Shown: positions 10,473 to 21,605, numbered from the stretch's first letter. The stretch is DNA of 64,000 nucleotides from Nitrosopumilaceae archaeon (GCA_965208905.1 OZ242365.1:288001-352000); one strand, 5' to 3'. Program-made: numbers and translations. The notes: generated by a model from the letters alone, not told the origin.

Positions 10473-10994
10473 TCACTTGGTCCATACTGTACCAAAATAA
10501 TATCCTGCTAGAATTGTCCCAGCAGACCAGACAAGCGATCCTCCAAACGTATACAGGATAAACTTTGGCACCTGCATACCCAAAAGTCCTGCCGGAACAG
10601 AGATCATCTCGCGCATAACTGGTACCATCCGTCCTAAAAAGACTGCCTTGTCGCCGTGTCGCTCAAACCACGCCTCTGCCCTTTGTATATTACACTCGGA
10701 GATCCTAAAAATACGCAGATAGCGTAGCATGACGCCTCTGCCAAGCTTTAATGATATCAGATAAATCCCCGTAGTTCCGATGGTTGCACCTAGTGCACCA
10801 AAAATTATCATTGGAATAACCTCTAGTATGGACAGTCCCTTCTGTGATGCTATGAATCCTGCAGAAGGAAAGACTGCCAAGGTAGGTAGTGGGGGAATGA
10901 TTGTTTCAAGCAAGGCTGCCAGGAATATGCCCTCGTACAGGTACTTGCCTAAAATCTCATTAATCCATGATATTGCCGACTCGTATGGTTCCAA
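10473..10994 (-). CDS. DedA family membrane protein
   Basis: LLETIIPPLP, WFERHG..AVFLGRMVPVMR..ISVPAG. Confidence 0.9.
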   Translation of the reverse strand: MEPYESAISWINEILGKYLYEGIFLAALLETIIPPLPTLAVFPSAGFIASQKGLSILEVIPMIIFGALGATIGTTGIYLISLKLGRGVMLRYLRIFRISECNIQRAEAWFERHGDKAVFLGRMVPVMREMISVPAGLLGMQVPKFILYTFGGSLVWSAGTILAGYYFGTVWTK

Positions 10995-11318
10995 CCAACA
11001 TGAAGGTATACTAGTCTGTCCTTAAGTCTAGCTGAGCTATGATCGGCGCCCTAGTATACATCAAGATATCTTGTATTAGTATACCACATGATTTGCAAGA
11101 AAGTATATCTATGGCTTATTAGATAGGACTTGGTTAATGTCAGTTTATCTGTACCGCAACACTTTCGTACATGAAAATCTATTTCTTCTCAGTGAAGTAT
11201 CGCATATCTACAATTCGTGACATACGCCGGACTCACATGCCTCCACCATTATGGATGGCACTCAATAAATTTCACGATAAATGTTGGTGCGGCAAGCCAA
11301 AAGACCCTTGGCATAAAC

Positions 11319-11806
11319 AACTTTGTGTCATAACTATTCCTGAATACCGCCACATTGATCAAACCACATATAGATCCCATCATTAAGCCATCTATTTTAT
11401 GGTAAAAACTGACAACCATACAGTACGGCATGTGTGGGGCAGACATGTCGTACAGTATAACCCTGAGTGGAAGGATGAAGTCGACCATGCCGACAGGGGA
11501 AAGGTGGGTGCTCCGTACCAATATTCGGAGACACTGATTATGCTGACCGCTGCCGTACTGGAAGGCCAAGATTGGATACCGCAGGAGATGGGTTGTGGAG
11601 GGTGTATTTTCTATATTTAAACGCGTGTTTGGAGAACATGCCATGGCGCTGAAGCAGGAGAATATAGTCCAAGAGATCTATCTCAAAGTGGCCCTGTACA
11701 ACAAATGGCGGGATGAATCACTAAGTTAGCAAGGGGAGTATGACGTATGAGTTTATGCCGCATGACCAAAGCTCAGCTTATGTAAGAAGAATTATGACAC
11801 AGAATT
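11319..11806 (+). mobile_element. Internally deleted IS5-family (IS903-like) element remnant
   Basis: N-terminal piece GKVGAPYQYSETLI joined to C-terminal piece VEGVFSIFKRVFGE...LYNK; imperfect terminal IRs (TGTGTCATAA near 11324, TTATGACACA near 11792-11801). Confidence 0.7.
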
Positions 11807-11899
11807 TGGGTTCTCAGGTGTATTGATTCTTTTGCTGGTATGAGATGGCGCTAACAGTCAACGTACTGCTTTAAATTAAGCACGTCAAAATTATATATA

Positions 11900-12739
11900 A
11901 TGAAGGTAGGTTGTCATGTCTCCATCTCAGGGGGCATAGACAAGGCAGTAGACCGAGCCGTCAATAACGGATGCACAGCATTTCAAATATTTAGTAGAAA
12001 TCCCCGGGGTTGGCGTGCGAAGACGATATCCAAAGACGAATCTGCATCGTTTCAAGAGAAGGTTGCATCTTCAGGAATAAGTCGGGATGCAATCTGCGTT
12101 CATATGCCATATCTGCCCAATCTAGCCGGGCCCAATGAGGAACCCTACAAAAAATCAGTAAATACATTAAAAGGTGAGGTTGAAAGGTGTGATCAATTAG
12201 GAATACAATATCTGGTAACACATTTAGGAAGTCATTTGGGGGTAGGCGCAGAGAGAGGCATAAAACGTTTGATCAACGCATACACAGAGGCATCTAAAAT
12301 AGATAGCGATGTCACCATACTCTTGGAGAATATGGCCGGCCAAAAGAACTCAATGGGGTACAGGTTTGAGGAGTGGGCCCAAATATTAAACCAGTTGGAA
12401 CCTAAAGGTAGATTTGGTGTGTGTCTAGATACATGTCATGCTTTTGTAGCTGGATACGACCTGAGAACGCAGGAGGCGGCATCACAGACACTAGAAGAGT
12501 TTGATAGAATAGTAGGGTATGATCGTCTAAAGATACTACACCTAAACGATGCCAAGGGAGAGTTAGGTTGTAATCTGGACAGGCACTACCACATAGGACT
12601 AGGCAGTATAGGTGAAGAAGGATTAAGAGAGGTTGTACGTACCATTAATCAACAAGGAATACCCATAATACTAGAGACTCCAATAGATAACACTCGTACA
12701 GATATAGACAACATCCGAGCGGTTAAACAGTTCGCATAG
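11900..12739 (+). CDS. nfo: Endonuclease IV (AP endonuclease)
   Basis: VHMPYLPNL, LLENMAG, CLDTCH, LHLND, DRHYHIG, ILETP. Confidence 0.95.
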   Translation: MKVGCHVSISGGIDKAVDRAVNNGCTAFQIFSRNPRGWRAKTISKDESASFQEKVASSGISRDAICVHMPYLPNLAGPNEEPYKKSVNTLKGEVERCDQLGIQYLVTHLGSHLGVGAERGIKRLINAYTEASKIDSDVTILLENMAGQKNSMGYRFEEWAQILNQLEPKGRFGVCLDTCHAFVAGYDLRTQEAASQTLEEFDRIVGYDRLKILHLNDAKGELGCNLDRHYHIGLGSIGEEGLREVVRTINQQGIPIILETPIDNTRTDIDNIRAVKQFA

Positions 12740-12769
12740 AAATTTATTTACAAATCGTAACATCACAGC

Positions 12770-14218
12770 ATGAATTATGACAAGGTTATCAAGTTAGCTT
12801 TAGAGCGTGGATTTTACTTTCCAAGTTGCGAGATGTATAATAACTCTCCAGCAGGCTTTTGGGAGTATGGCCCCAATGGTGTCAGTCTGAAGAATAAGTT
12901 CTTAGAGTTGTGGAGGCGAGAGTTGGTTCGGCGGGATAATATGATGGAGATAGATGGTTCCCAAATAATGGCAAAATCCGTCTTTGAGGCATCTGGACAT
13001 CTAGCTAGTTTCGCTGATCCCATAGTAAAATGCACAAAGTGTGGTTCCACGTTTCGGGCAGATCGTATGATATCTGAGAGTTGTAGTGTTGTTATACCCG
13101 AATCCGCAGATTTAGTAGAGTTTGATGATGTCATAGTTAAGAATTGTATTGTATGCCCCCGATGCCAAGGCGCCCTAGATAAGACGAAGAAGTTTAACAT
13201 GATGTTTCGGGTTGGTATAGGACCTGAAGGTGAAGACGCATATCTAAGACCAGAGACTTGCCAGTCAATATTTGTAGATTTTCCACGGCTCTACAAGACG
13301 ATGCGGGGAAAGCTGCCCATGGGCGTAGCTCAGGTGGGTAAAAGTTTTCGTAACGAAATATCCCCTCGGCAGAGCCTCTTAAGACTGCGGGAATTTTATC
13401 AGGCAGAGATAGAGATATTCTGTAATCCAGAAAGACTCCACGATGCATCAAAACTTGAACGTGTTAAAGATGTCACACTACACATAGACAACAGGGAGAT
13501 AACTTGTAGTGAGGCCGTTGATGACGGTGTGCTTCCCAATGAATTCATTGCGTACTATGTGGGGATACTTACAGAGTTCTATCAAAAGACAGGCATATCA
13601 ATGGAGAGGAGTAGATTCCGGAAGCTGGGGGAGAAAGAGAAGGCATTCTATGCAAGTGTGGCCTTTGATTTTGAGGTGGAGACAACAATTGGGTGGCTAG
13701 AGTTGGTGGCGTGTAACTATCGTACCGACTATGATTTAAGCGGTCATGCAGAGCACAGTGGAGAGTCATTTCAGGTTATGGACGGAGATCAGAGAGTGCT
13801 CCCCCATGTATTTGAGATATCCATGGGTATAGATAGAAGTCTGTATTGCATACTGGAGCACTCGCTAATGGAGGATGATGAGAACAATCGAACAGTTCTA
13901 TCCCTAAAACCGTATCTGGCTCCTCGACATGTGGGCGTATTATCGTTGGTAAAAAAAGACGGACTGCGGGAGAAGACCGACAGCATACACGAAGATCTAA
14001 ACCGCAAGTATGATACGTTTTTGGATCATGCCGGAGCCATAGGAAGAAGGTATAGGCGGCTTGATGAGGTTGGATGCCCCTTTGCCATTACAGTAGACCA
14101 TCAGACACTGCAGGATGACACAGTTACATTGCGGGATAGAGATACCATGAAACAGAGGCGCGTATCACTATCAGATTTAGATGACACATTATCAGAGTCT
14201 CTTACATTTCCCGTATGA
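12770..14218 (+). CDS. glyS: Glycine--tRNA ligase (alpha2 type)
   Basis: LRPETCQ, GKSFRNEISPR, PHVFEISMGIDR, anticodon domain IGRRYRR. Confidence 0.95.
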   Translation: MNYDKVIKLALERGFYFPSCEMYNNSPAGFWEYGPNGVSLKNKFLELWRRELVRRDNMMEIDGSQIMAKSVFEASGHLASFADPIVKCTKCGSTFRADRMISESCSVVIPESADLVEFDDVIVKNCIVCPRCQGALDKTKKFNMMFRVGIGPEGEDAYLRPETCQSIFVDFPRLYKTMRGKLPMGVAQVGKSFRNEISPRQSLLRLREFYQAEIEIFCNPERLHDASKLERVKDVTLHIDNREITCSEAVDDGVLPNEFIAYYVGILTEFYQKTGISMERSRFRKLGEKEKAFYASVAFDFEVETTIGWLELVACNYRTDYDLSGHAEHSGESFQVMDGDQRVLPHVFEISMGIDRSLYCILEHSLMEDDENNRTVLSLKPYLAPRHVGVLSLVKKDGLREKTDSIHEDLNRKYDTFLDHAGAIGRRYRRLDEVGCPFAITVDHQTLQDDTVTLRDRDTMKQRRVSLSDLDDTLSESLTFPV

Positions 14219-14302
14219 TACTACATTAGTATTTCAGTACCTGTATATGAAAAAGCATGTAGAGAAATACAAATTTAAAAAGACATAATAGATTAGAGTG
14301 GC

Positions 14303-15433
14303 ATGGGGCAACCACAGGTATCCATCATACTTCCGACGTATAACGAGTCTCAGAATATACTGCGTATATTAAACTCAATAAAGGAGAGTATACCGTCTGC
14401 GGTCTCTGCGCAGACCATTGTAGTTGATGACAACTCACCTGATGGTACTGGTCGCATAGTAGAGGAGTATCTACGAAGCATGATAGACACTGTAGGGTAT
14501 ACCGTAGAGATAATACACCGTCGCGCAAAGACCTCCTTAAGTTCTGCCATACTACAAGGCATACAGCACGCTCGAGGTGACACTATAATTGTAATGGACA
14601 GCGACTTTTCGCATCCGCCCAGCATAATACCAAAGTTAATCGAGGCGTTACGGACACGTTGTGACATAGCGGTAGCTTCAAGATACATAAGGGGAGGTAA
14701 AATTCATGGTTGGCCAGCTAAACGAAAGATAATAAGTAAATCTGCTACTATAATAGCCAAAAACGTGCTAAACATAAAGACGGCCGACCCCATGTCAGGC
14801 TTCTTTGCGTTTCGGAAGAATCTGTTGGAAGGAATAATCTTTGATGGTTTAGGATTCAAAATACTGATGGAGATACTAGTAAAGGCGCGCGGGGCACGTA
14901 TAGTCGAGATACCGTACACATTCCACGACAGGGAGGAGGGGAACAGCAAGTTCAATAGTCATATCATAAAAGACTATTGTAAGTCCGTCTGGCGGCTATA
15001 CAGACATGGCGGCATCGAGCCACGCCGCTCAGTGCGTTTTCTCTCAAAGGCAGGAAGGTTCTACACCGTGGGCACATCTGGATTCTTGATAAATTATATC
15101 ATATCATTACTACTTACACATCAGATTCCTGAGGTTTGGTATCTGCATGCCAACATACTGGGTATAGCATCCTCCATGACCAGCAACTACATACTAAACA
15201 AGATATGGACATTTCAGGATCGTGACTTTTCACCAAAGCGTGTAGCAACACAGTATGCAAAGTTTGTTGGGTTTAGCTCGATGGGAGCTGCCGTGCAGTT
15301 AGGTATCGTCTTCTCACTAGTAGAGGGTGGATGGTCATATCCGGCATCACTAGGTGTGGGGGTATTGACTGCAGCGTTGGGCAACTACATTCTAAATAAA
15401 AAGTGGACGTTTAAAGAAAGATTGTGGGGTTAG
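14303..15433 (+). CDS. GT2 polyprenol-phosphate glycosyltransferase fused to a GtrA-like membrane domain
   Basis: ILPTYNE, VDDNSPDGT, MDSDFSH, DPMSGFF; C-terminal TM helices with NYILNK.WTF. Confidence 0.85.
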   Translation: MGQPQVSIILPTYNESQNILRILNSIKESIPSAVSAQTIVVDDNSPDGTGRIVEEYLRSMIDTVGYTVEIIHRRAKTSLSSAILQGIQHARGDTIIVMDSDFSHPPSIIPKLIEALRTRCDIAVASRYIRGGKIHGWPAKRKIISKSATIIAKNVLNIKTADPMSGFFAFRKNLLEGIIFDGLGFKILMEILVKARGARIVEIPYTFHDREEGNSKFNSHIIKDYCKSVWRLYRHGGIEPRRSVRFLSKAGRFYTVGTSGFLINYIISLLLTHQIPEVWYLHANILGIASSMTSNYILNKIWTFQDRDFSPKRVATQYAKFVGFSSMGAAVQLGIVFSLVEGGWSYPASLGVGVLTAALGNYILNKKWTFKERLWG

Positions 15434-15633
15434 CGGTTCCTGCAGACATACATCAGAGACTTTGGTCCTGTAGCTAGCATGTACGTCAGGTACATTGTGA
15501 GGAGAGGCGCCTGAACACCCTAATTAAAAAATATGGTCTAGAGGTCTTTGTTTTGTAATATGGTGTGATCGGGTTGTTGTTCTAGATCATTGTAACATAA
15601 CTAATTAAAAATAAAAAAGAAAAACCTAATGTC

Positions 15634-16275
15634 TTATTCGATTGTAGATGTGGTTTGAGTGCCTATCTGAGACGGTACTGAGGGGAATCTATCTCCAATC
15701 TGTTGCTCAGCGACTGAGGAAGCTTCCTGCAGTATTCTCTCGGCCTCTTCAGTGTAAACATCCTGCTCTACGCCAAACGAATCACCAGCCAATGAATCCA
15801 TCATTAGACCGTTGAGTGTCTGCGTCATAGAGTTCAGCTCTGAATCTGCTTCTGGCATGAACTTGCTCAAGGATGACTTGAGATTCTTCATTGTGCCCAT
15901 GGCAGGTCCAATTGTAGCCATTGCGTCACCGACATCATGCATTGTAGTTAGGCGAAGTTGTGCCTGCTCCAATGTCATGCGAGCATGTCCAATCATAGTG
16001 GTAGACTTACGTAGTTCAACCAACTCACTGGAGAGTACCCTTGCTGTTTGATTGTCGTGATTCTTCATGGCAGCAACTATCTTTTGGAAGAGTCTGGTGT
16101 CACGATCACGCATCTTCTTGGTCATACCATCTAGTCTTGCAATCTGTGCCTGTAACTTGTTGACACCAGATTGCATGCGAGGCTTTAGAGGTCCTTCATT
16201 CTTTACTGAGTCGCGGAGTTTCTCTGATACACCTGGCTTTTCTGGCCGGGTCCATGACTTGTCAAAGTTTGTCAT
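15634..16275 (-). CDS. CdvB/Snf7 (ESCRT-III-like) protein
   Basis: Coiled-coil Snf7 core (PLKPR..., EAERILQEAS...FPSVP); paralog of 62377-63021. Confidence 0.8.
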   Translation of the reverse strand: MTNFDKSWTRPEKPGVSEKLRDSVKNEGPLKPRMQSGVNKLQAQIARLDGMTKKMRDRDTRLFQKIVAAMKNHDNQTARVLSSELVELRKSTTMIGHARMTLEQAQLRLTTMHDVGDAMATIGPAMGTMKNLKSSLSKFMPEADSELNSMTQTLNGLMMDSLAGDSFGVEQDVYTEEAERILQEASSVAEQQIGDRFPSVPSQIGTQTTSTIE

Positions 16276-16364
16276 AAACAAGAATCCTGGAAACAACATT
16301 TAAGATGGTTAGTTGAATATGATAAACTTCAAATTAAATTTAGTTGACTTAAAAATTTGTAGAA

Positions 16365-17114
16365 ATGAGTAGTGTGGGGGTATTTGATTCGGGTTTGGGC
16401 TCATTGAGCATAGTGAATGCCATACGCCAGATATCCAAGTGTGACATAGTATACTATGCGGATACAAAGAGCCACCCTTATGGAACAAAGTCGCCCCAAG
16501 ACCTATGTGATATAACACGCAGAACCATACAGGGTATACGAGAGTTGTTTGCACCAAGTATTGTGGTGGTAGGCTCCAACACACCCACCCTGCTGTGTGA
16601 TATCGAAGATGATGACATAGTGGGGGTATGGCCACCCATCATGGAAGCATCAAGACTAAGCTGTGATGATACAGTAACTGTGTTGGCCACAAGTGTTGTA
16701 GTACAACATGACTACATAGAAAGATACGCCAAATCACTAAATTTATCTGTCCATATAAAGAAGGTGAATGCCAGTAGGCTGGTACATCTAGTAGAGAGTG
16801 GTACATTCCTAAACGATCATGATACAACATGCAAGACAATAGAAGAGACACTACATGATATACAGGGTGTATGTACGCTATCCAGTACACACCTACCATT
16901 TCTACAGAGTATGATGGAGGAGGTACGTCCGGATATAACATTTGTGGACCCCGCCAGCATGGTGGCCCGTCGGGTGGCCAACAAGATCAAGAATGCAGGT
17001 AAAGGAAGACTGAGCATATACACATCAGGAGGGCACGACATTACACCTCATCTAAGGCAGTTGGGCATTACTGAAGATGTTAATTTTTTGAAGCCCTTCT
17101 ATACCCATGACTGA
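16365..17114 (+). CDS. Glutamate racemase (MurI)-like protein with Ser at both catalytic Cys positions
   Basis: GVFDSGLGSL, D...PYGTKS; GSNT and SSTH instead of ACNT and GCTH. Confidence 0.8.
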   Translation: MSSVGVFDSGLGSLSIVNAIRQISKCDIVYYADTKSHPYGTKSPQDLCDITRRTIQGIRELFAPSIVVVGSNTPTLLCDIEDDDIVGVWPPIMEASRLSCDDTVTVLATSVVVQHDYIERYAKSLNLSVHIKKVNASRLVHLVESGTFLNDHDTTCKTIEETLHDIQGVCTLSSTHLPFLQSMMEEVRPDITFVDPASMVARRVANKIKNAGKGRLSIYTSGGHDITPHLRQLGITEDVNFLKPFYTHD

Positions 17115-17841
17115 ATTCTTTATCGTATAATCGAGAGTACTCATAGTGTTTGGGATTTATGACTTCGCCTATTATTATTATAGCAGTACGGGTTATGCCC
17201 GCGCTGTGAACTTTGGAGACTATATCGTTTAGCTTTCCCTTTAGTGTTATTTGATCTTCCCAACTGGCACGATACACCACCGCCACCGGAGTATCTGGTT
17301 TATACCCGCCAGAGATGGCTTCCTGGACAATTCTGTGAAGTAGATGTATGCTCAGATACAGTACCATTGTACAGTTATGCGAGGACAGACTTTTGATGCT
17401 CTCTTTTGTTGGTACGTCTGTACGAGATTCAATACGTGTTATTATGATGGTCTGAGTGACTCCGGGTAGTGTCAACTGCGTAGAGAGAGCGGCTGAGGAT
17501 GCCAGCATTGACGTTACGCCAGGGATCACAACACACTCTACACCTTTATCTTGTAGAGCATCCATCTGCTCTTTTATAGCACCGTATATTGTGGGGTCGC
17601 CATCATGCAGACGTACTACCATCAAATCTGATACTGCATTCTTATGTAAGATATCAGTTATCTCTTCACGAACCAGACCAGATGCATCATGCAGTCTACC
17701 GCCACACATATCAAGAACAGGTTGTGGTATTAAGGAGCCCGAATATACTACCGTATCTGCGTTACGAATTAATCGTTGGGCTTTTACGGTTATAAGTTCA
17801 GGATCTCCTGGTCCACACCCCACAAAGTACACTTTAGACAC
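17080..17841 (-). CDS. cbiF: Cobalt-precorrin-4 C11-methyltransferase
   Basis: VGCGPGDPELIT, RLHDGDPTIYGA, LTLPGVTQT, SRLYD..FSHGYR. Confidence 0.9.
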   Translation of the reverse strand: MSKVYFVGCGPGDPELITVKAQRLIRNADTVVYSGSLIPQPVLDMCGGRLHDASGLVREEITDILHKNAVSDLMVVRLHDGDPTIYGAIKEQMDALQDKGVECVVIPGVTSMLASSAALSTQLTLPGVTQTIIITRIESRTDVPTKESIKSLSSHNCTMVLYLSIHLLHRIVQEAISGGYKPDTPVAVVYRASWEDQITLKGKLNDIVSKVHSAGITRTAIIIIGEVINPKHYEYSRLYDKEFSHGYRRASKN

Positions 17842-18553
17842 GTTTCACCACCAGTATGGAGAAGTACTTTGTTGTCAAGGCCCCTCTGTCCACCTCGCCT
17901 AATGTTAAGCGTCGAATTATCTCATCAGGGGTTCCTAAATCCTGACCTATGGCAAATATAGAGTTCTCGGGGAATCCAGACTCTTTGAGTACTGTAATTA
18001 CATTATCAAAGTATCTACCATCTTTCAGAAATACCAGAGTGTCGGAGTTTTTTGCTATCTCAGCTACCGAATGTAAGTCATAGCACGATGGTATAATCGA
18101 TACTTTCTCGGAGCCTTCAGCTATGCTGACTCCCACTTTTGAGGCGAATGTAAACATGGAGACGATGCCAGGTATCACTGTTATATCTACATCTGTATAT
18201 TTAGTGGTCAGTTCGCGGTGCATGTAAATCCACGTGCTGTATAGATACGGGTCGCCCACCGTAATGTATACAACATTATGTCCATCTCGTACTGTCTGAG
18301 CCATTTTGGCGGCATTCTCCTTCCATGTGGATTGTAATATGTCTGGATCTTTGGTCATGGGAAATATTAGGCGTTTTATTGTCTGCTCATCATTCAATAA
18401 ATCCTGTATTACTGCCAAAGCTATACTGGGCCTATCCTCAGCAGATGCGGGGCACATTATAACATCTGCAGATTGTATGGCTTTGACGGCCTTGACTGTC
18501 AACAAATCTGGGTCACCAGGGCCAACCCCTATGGCAGTAAGTTTGGACATCAT
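17834..18553 (-). CDS. cbiL: Cobalt-precorrin-2 C20-methyltransferase
   Basis: GVGPGDPDLLT, FPMTKD, GDPYLYST, YFS C-terminal motif. Confidence 0.9.
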   Translation of the reverse strand: MMSKLTAIGVGPGDPDLLTVKAVKAIQSADVIMCPASAEDRPSIALAVIQDLLNDEQTIKRLIFPMTKDPDILQSTWKENAAKMAQTVRDGHNVVYITVGDPYLYSTWIYMHRELTTKYTDVDITVIPGIVSMFTFASKVGVSIAEGSEKVSIIPSCYDLHSVAEIAKNSDTLVFLKDGRYFDNVITVLKESGFPENSIFAIGQDLGTPDEIIRRLTLGEVDRGALTTKYFSILVVKRV

Positions 18554-18584
18554 AGTATAATCTGTAATACTCCTAATTAAAAGC

Positions 18585-19187
18585 CTAGAGTATTGATGCA
18601 GATATTATGGTGACGGGGTTACGGGCCAGCATCATTGTACCTGTACTGGTACGGCGGCTTTTGAGTACTGTTATCTGTGTTATGTCGATATCCTGTAGTC
18701 CTGTATCATCAATTACATCTAAAATTTGGGATAGAGTCTCAATTAGAATTGTGCCTACAACTATACGGCCATTGGGCTCCAGTCTTTGTGTGCACAGACG
18801 TAGTATGTCTGCGGTATCGCCGCCAGTACCCCCTATCAGTATGACGTTGGCGGGAGGTAGTGTGGGTATGACATCAACAGCCTCGCCATGTATAACATTA
18901 ATGTTCTCCAAGCCAAATAGATGAGCGTTATGTTTAGTGGCATCTACAGCATCAATACTGTGATCTATGCCAAGTATTACACCTGAAGGCCCGGTCTGAA
19001 TTGCGGCCTCCACAGAGATTGAGCCACTACCACATCCTACATCATATACGGTATCGCCCGTGGTAATGCGCGCCTTTGAGATTTGAATTGCACGAATCTC
19101 TTCTTTAGTTATAGGGACGCCCTCACATCTTTGAAATAGTTCATCTGGTATTCCAGGGGTGGAGTACTTCCAATGTTTTTGGTCCAT
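18585..19187 (-). CDS. cbiT: Cobalt-precorrin-6B C15-methyltransferase (decarboxylating)
   Basis: PGIPDELF, PITKEEIR, DVGCGSGS, ARNPV. Confidence 0.9.
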   Translation of the reverse strand: MDQKHWKYSTPGIPDELFQRCEGVPITKEEIRAIQISKARITTGDTVYDVGCGSGSISVEAAIQTGPSGVILGIDHSIDAVDATKHNAHLFGLENINVIHGEAVDVIPTLPPANVILIGGTGGDTADILRLCTQRLEPNGRIVVGTILIETLSQILDVIDDTGLQDIDITQITVLKSRRTSTGTMMLARNPVTIISASIL

Positions 19188-19188
19188 G

Positions 19189-20109
19189 TTATTTCATAAC
19201 ACCAGGCCTTTTAACGGCATGATTTAGATGCGCATCGCACATATCAACAAGGTGAACCGCCCATGCCTCTGGCGTCTGTGGTGTTATTGGTGAGCCAAAC
19301 TCTTTCTTGCCATGATGACTCAGTATTATGTGCAAAATTTGACGCTCCAGATCAGTATCAAATGATACTCCTATATCACGTAACTGTTTAATCTTCTCTT
19401 GCACCATTATAATACCCAAACCAATGTGTCCCATGTAATCTCCATCGAGTGTATGTGTTATGCCCACATCCATGTCGTATTGTGCAACCTTGCCGATATC
19501 ATGTAGAATACACCCTGCCTTTACCATGTCCGCATCTATGGATGGGTAATTTTGGCATATCACTTTTGATGTATTTACCATGTTTAAGACATGTTCCAAT
19601 AGTCCGCCCAGATAAGCATGATGGTATGATTGGGCGGCAGGCCATCTAGTAAATTTTTCAAAGAATATCTCATCTTTAAAAAGTGAGTTTAATAATAATT
19701 TTAGAGAACCGTTTCGCATGGACTCGATTTCAGTTACCAGTTTTGACTTTAATTGTCCAATATCAATATTAGATATCAATATTAGATCATCCTTGTCATA
19801 CTCTGTGATCGTATGTATGTCATCTACATTTATTGACAATATATTTTGAAACTGTGATGTTGTGCCCCGTACATTTACCACACTGCCTGTAGACAATGAA
19901 TCAAATAATTTCTGCGTTATTACATTATTGTTACCGCCCCAAAACTTGGCTGCCATCTGGCCAGTCTTATCAGATAGCATAACTTCAAACCAGAGTCCAG
20001 GTTTATTTTTGTATGGTCGAAGGGATTTTTTGTCCACTAGAGCAAAATATGATGATACTGGGGTGTGGTTCTTTAAATCACCAAGAAATTGTTTCATATA
20101 TTCAAACAA
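19189..20109 (-). CDS. YhaM/Cbf1-like 3'-5' exonuclease (OB fold + HD domain)
   Basis: LSDKTG OB-fold, PAA..YHHAYLGGLLEH, LHDIGK, ILSHHG..EFGSP..P.TPEA. Confidence 0.85.
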   Translation of the reverse strand: MFEYMKQFLGDLKNHTPVSSYFALVDKKSLRPYKNKPGLWFEVMLSDKTGQMAAKFWGGNNNVITQKLFDSLSTGSVVNVRGTTSQFQNILSINVDDIHTITEYDKDDLILISNIDIGQLKSKLVTEIESMRNGSLKLLLNSLFKDEIFFEKFTRWPAAQSYHHAYLGGLLEHVLNMVNTSKVICQNYPSIDADMVKAGCILHDIGKVAQYDMDVGITHTLDGDYMGHIGLGIIMVQEKIKQLRDIGVSFDTDLERQILHIILSHHGKKEFGSPITPQTPEAWAVHLVDMCDAHLNHAVKRPGVMK

Positions 20110-20361
20110 CTTGTTACTAATATTTAGATATAATGATGTTAGACATTACTGATAACCGACCAAAGTTGCTCAAATGTTTGGCAAAGTTTGTTTGATAGAG
20201 TACACATAACAGTAAATTTTTGTTTCTACCTTATGGATTTAAGCAGCTTTTATCCATATGTTTTTTTGGGATATACTTTTAATATTTTTTGTACATTAGT
20301 ATTTAATTAATTTAGCATCATATTCTCAAAAATATCTAGTAGCTTACAAATATTTTAGTAG

Positions 20362-21545
20362 TGTTTGGCCAATTTGAACTGTATATTATATTATTTTTGT
20401 ACTAATTTTTAAAGGATAATAGCTGTTATTTATTTTCAGCCTCCCATTTGTGAGCAAATTACTTGGAGTGGATATTTCAGTGCCGAATGTATTCTGTAGT
20501 AGTTCGTAAATGCATTTGCAAGAACAGCATCAGTATCATGAAAGCATCAGGCATGTGCGGTCAGATATGTCTCCGATTGAGTGTTCTGTGGAAAAATTCC
20601 ACATCTTTATTCTGGTCTGGAGTATTTGTCCATGTACATTTGTATTTTATTTCAAATTCTTACATTAATGCTCTAAACTCGTGATATCATACAGCAAACT
20701 ACTATCAGTTTTGAGTCTCAGTTTCAGAATATTTTTACCTACGCATGATACAGTTTTTAGGATTAATTGTATCACAGTATAGGCCGTAGCTATAAGGTCA
20801 AAGATATGTGCCACTTGGTGTCTGGTGAATATATCTAAAACATTAAAGCAATAGCACCATCCGTCAATGCCGCAATGAATACACATCATATCTGTCTTTA
20901 AGAATTGATTTGGGCCTTGTCGGCGCAAACTTTCTGTGTTGTGAAGCACGAATTATATCCTTTTTTTATTTTAAGATTTAATCCGGTCTATTTTGCAGTA
21001 TATGTGCTGTATTTTTTTTTACGATTAATTGGTATATCTGTCTCTATATTTGGACGGTCGCTCGACGTATTCTGTAGGAGGGAAGCATTGTTGCTATCTA
21101 TCGTATCTTATTTGTGGTGTCTTTATCGATTGGAATAATTCTGAGTTTCTGTGTGTAGTATCTAACGTGTTTTAAAACTCATCAGCTTGTTCATTTTATG
21201 AACTACCTGTACTTCCTCCAAGGTTTTTTTAAGATGTCGCTATACATGCTAATCTCTCCGATTATGAGCTCAAGGTGTGTCATTTCCCGGTATGGTTTTT
21301 GGTAGCATTCCCCTGTCTGTGATAGTCTGCCTCCTTGAAGGAACTCTTTCCATTTAGCTTTGAAACATGGCAGGTGAGATATTGTACCTGTGCTATATTT
21401 TGGTGACGAATATGCTTGTATTAAAAAATTCTCTTATAATATTAGATTTCTCCTGCAAAGTTTGTTTTTTAGTCATACCTCTAGTGATCTCTTTATATCA
21501 AAAATATTCGGTTTTAATCGGTTTTATTCTAGATAGTACCCACCA
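20362..21545 (-). mobile_element. Heavily degraded IS3-family element (orfA + orfB relics); boundaries approximate
   Basis: orfA-like MTKKQTLQEKSNIIREFFN; orfB pieces GPNQ..TDMM..GWCYCFNVLDIFTR, LKTD, TPDQN..VEFFHRTL, RIHSALKY with frameshifts; resembles the 3583-4058 remnant. Confidence 0.7.
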
Positions 21546-21605
21546 GTCTGTCTTTCAAGATTTAATGGATTCAAAATCTATCTCCCACAAAAAAACAAAA
21601 AATGG

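Noticed and set aside
11238-11320. Short Cys-containing ORF start (CWCGKP) cut by the IS5 relic
   Set aside because: Too short to assign a family.
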